From NCBI GenBank assembly GCA_905235375.1, contig CAJOLH010000002.1, positions 13,416 through 77,415 on the forward strand: a DNA stretch of 64,000 nt, given 5' to 3'. Under the pieces are notes generated by a model. That model was not told the DNA's origin. It searched no databases and saw nothing but the letters and a program-made list of their open reading frames with translations. Source of the stretch: an uncultured Bacteroidales bacterium (GTDB lineage Bacteria > Bacteroidota > Bacteroidia > Bacteroidales > UBA3663). Positions 62,453 to 64,000 of this stretch are shown piece after piece (positions within the stretch are counted from its first letter, which is position 1; every line of letters starts with the position of its first letter). Position numbers and translations under genes: made by a program.

Positions 62453-63391
62453 ATGCATCCGATAGATATAGCTCTCAAGATTGCGACAACAGCCCATGCA
62501 GGACAACTCGACAAGGATGGCTACCCAGTAATACTCCATTCGCTTACTGTAGGTCTCATGGGTCATACCGACGAAGAAAAGATAGCCGGATTCCTGCATG
62601 ATGTGGTTGAGGACAGCAATTTCACCTTCGATGACCTCCTTCAGGCACATATCCCTGTGGGAGTGGTCAACGCCCTGCGCCTCCTCACCCATCGTAAAGA
62701 CATACCTTACTTCGACTACGTTCAGAATATTATTGATTCGGGCAACCCCATAGCTTTGCAAGTGAAGTACAACGACTTGCAGCACAATTTTGCTCGCGGA
62801 AAAGCTTATCCCGAACTTCAGAAGAAACATGGGAAGGCATTGGATATGGTTCGAAAAGCGATAGAAGACTGTTCGAAGGTAGAACTTTACGTAGCTCCCA
62901 AGGATTCAGAGCTCGACGTAGCCATCTTCGCCTGCGGATGCTTCTGGGGTGTGCAGCATCAATACGACAAGGAACCAGGTGTAAAGCGAACCTTGGCAGG
63001 TTATACGGGAGGCAATGAGGACTATCCGACTTACGCGGACGTACGCGACCACAAGACCCATCATGTTGAGGCCATCATTGTGGAATATGACCAGAAGCTT
63101 ACCAGCTACGAAAAACTATGCAAGGTTTTCTTCGAGATTCATGACCCAGCGCAAACCGATGGTGTCGGTCCCGATTTGGGTCCGCAGTATCGAAGCTGCA
63201 TCTTCTATCGTGATGAGGATCAGCTGAAGACCGCCGAATCCATTATCCAGCAGCTACGTAATCGGGGCGACGTGGTGAACACCCTGCTCCTACCCGCTCA
63301 AAAATTCTTCATAGGCGAGGAATATCATCAGCGATATTACGAAAAGACAGGTGGCGAACCCTATTGCCACATCCGAATCAAGAAGTTTTGA
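62453..63391 (+). CDS. msrA: Fusion of an HD-domain (RelA/SpoT-type small hydrolase-like) module with peptide-methionine (S)-S-oxide reductase MsrA
   Basis: 312 aa. The N-terminus AHAGQLDKDGYPVILHSLTV...GFLHDVVEDS has an H...HD...ED metal-site pattern. The C-terminus has the MsrA active site FACGCFWGVQHQY...AGYTGG...THHVEAIIVEYD...IHDP. Confidence 0.85.
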   Translation: MHPIDIALKIATTAHAGQLDKDGYPVILHSLTVGLMGHTDEEKIAGFLHDVVEDSNFTFDDLLQAHIPVGVVNALRLLTHRKDIPYFDYVQNIIDSGNPIALQVKYNDLQHNFARGKAYPELQKKHGKALDMVRKAIEDCSKVELYVAPKDSELDVAIFACGCFWGVQHQYDKEPGVKRTLAGYTGGNEDYPTYADVRDHKTHHVEAIIVEYDQKLTSYEKLCKVFFEIHDPAQTDGVGPDLGPQYRSCIFYRDEDQLKTAESIIQQLRNRGDVVNTLLLPAQKFFIGEEYHQRYYEKTGGEPYCHIRIKKF

Positions 63392-63419
63392 GAATCAAGT
63401 GGTTTTGAACAACAAAAAA

Positions 63420-63450
63420 ACACCGCCCGAACAAAACCGGCGGTGTTTCT
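63420..63450. terminator. Hairpin terminator between convergent genes
   Basis: 8 bp stem ACACCGCC (63420-63427) / GGCGGTGT (63439-63446), with an A7 run upstream and TTTCT downstream. Confidence 0.5.
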
Positions 63451-63498
63451 CGTCTATCTAAGGTGTTTCTCGTCTAAGAAAATTGATTTAAAATTGGC

Positions 63499-64000
63499 TC
63501 AATATGCCAAAAATTGTTTGTCAATCTCTGTGAAGTCACTCTGGTCATCCTTGTAATCCGGATTTGGAATATACCACCAGAGTGTGCTGAAATAATCATC
63601 GAGTACACGGTCATTGAAAACATGACCACGATGGGCATAGGGAAGGTTATGAGCAATGCGCTTGCGCAGATCTTCCTTCATTCTATTGTTAGTACGCTCT
63701 TTACCAAAGTTCAATTCAAGGCTGGAACTGCGGTCGTAGAACGCACCGAATGTGGCTCTTTCGTTGAACAAGTAAATTTCGTCGGCTGAGGTGATGCTGA
63801 GTTCACTTTTCGGGCAGAAGTTGGTCTTGTGCCAAGTGTAAGCACCATTACGGAGCGAAAATTCGCGAAGTGAACGGCCAGGATGGGGTGTAACGCGCTG
63901 CTTCCCCTCTCCTTCGGTCAGCCTCCAGGGTGCCATGTCGAAGAGTTCTTCGTCGATTAAGAAATGCTTTGCCGTGTGGTCGGCACGAACAACGAGCGTG
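63499..64000 (-). CDS. Hypothetical protein, C-terminal part; 5' end lies outside the window
   Basis: The reading frame stays open upstream of Met 63936 to the window edge (...TLVVRADHTAKHFLIDEELFDMAPWRL...). I recognised no family. Confidence 0.5.
   Translation of the reverse strand, partial: TLVVRADHTAKHFLIDEELFDMAPWRLTEGEGKQRVTPHPGRSLREFSLRNGAYTWHKTNFCPKSELSITSADEIYLFNERATFGAFYDRSSSLELNFGKERTNNRMKEDLRKRIAHNLPYAHRGHVFNDRVLDDYFSTLWWYIPNPDYKDDQSDFTEIDKQFLAY

Noticed and set aside
62357-62830. 157 aa minus-strand ORF overlapping the start of the HD-MsrA gene
   Set aside because: It is antisense to a gene with clear HD motifs, and it would also run through the promoter region of the neighbouring lipoprotein gene. 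It has no supporting motif.
1-64000. Search for tRNA, rRNA, tmRNA or riboswitch-like elements in the intergenic regions
   Set aside because: No intergenic segment showed cloverleaf-compatible arms, a GGTTCGAATCC-type T-loop or recognisable riboswitch cores by eye. A proper tRNAscan/Infernal run is still needed to be certain.

Overview
This 64 kb window looks like chromosomal DNA from a Bacteroidota genome of the Prevotella/Bacteroides type. The evidence is SusC/SusD genes, several proteins with T9SS C-terminal sorting domains, a MurF-Alr fusion, and TAnnTTTG -7 promoter boxes. All domain calls come from reading motifs in the supplied translations; no searches were run.

Layout:
- 0-10 kb: housekeeping genes (greA, HIT, clpP-clpX, class A acid phosphatase, murF-alr, cardiolipin synthase, LOG-family protein, esterase).
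- 10.1-10.5 kb: tandem array of 11 hairpin repeats of 41-42 bp.
- 10.5-20 kb: GH92 mannosidase, YbaK-like deacylase, TlpA-like oxidoreductase, a BlaI/BlaR1-TonB pair and two secreted hypothetical proteins.
- 20-30.5 kb: glycan-utilisation genes on the minus strand (GH3, then a PL1 pectate lyase with a T9SS CTD, then SusC/SusD), with a decayed EEP-family pseudogene in between.
- 30.5-43.3 kb: visibly AT-richer block holding the two most interesting loci.
- 43-53.5 kb: T9SS cargo genes (a C10 protease and two CotH-family proteins), a flavin reductase and a mosaic hairpin-repeat region.
- 53.5-64 kb: clpC, an HU-like gene, DUF1599, a DoxX-like gene, tpiA, SPOR, a YpfJ-like peptidase, a duplicated 168 bp non-coding unit, and an HD-MsrA fusion.

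The two loci in the AT-rich block:
- A plus-strand three-gene operon encodes a 908 aa polytopic membrane protein with Rossmann/RCK-like modules and a C-terminal RyR domain, a free-standing RyR-domain protein, and a TIR-TM-Sel1 protein with a Toll-like-receptor-like layout.
- A convergent, translationally coupled five-gene operon encodes only signal-peptide-bearing proteins of unknown function: an LPP20-like lipoprotein, a TPR/Sel1 protein, two unknowns, and a protein ending in an outer-membrane-barrel signature.

I found no rRNA, tRNA, CRISPR array, transposase or integrase.
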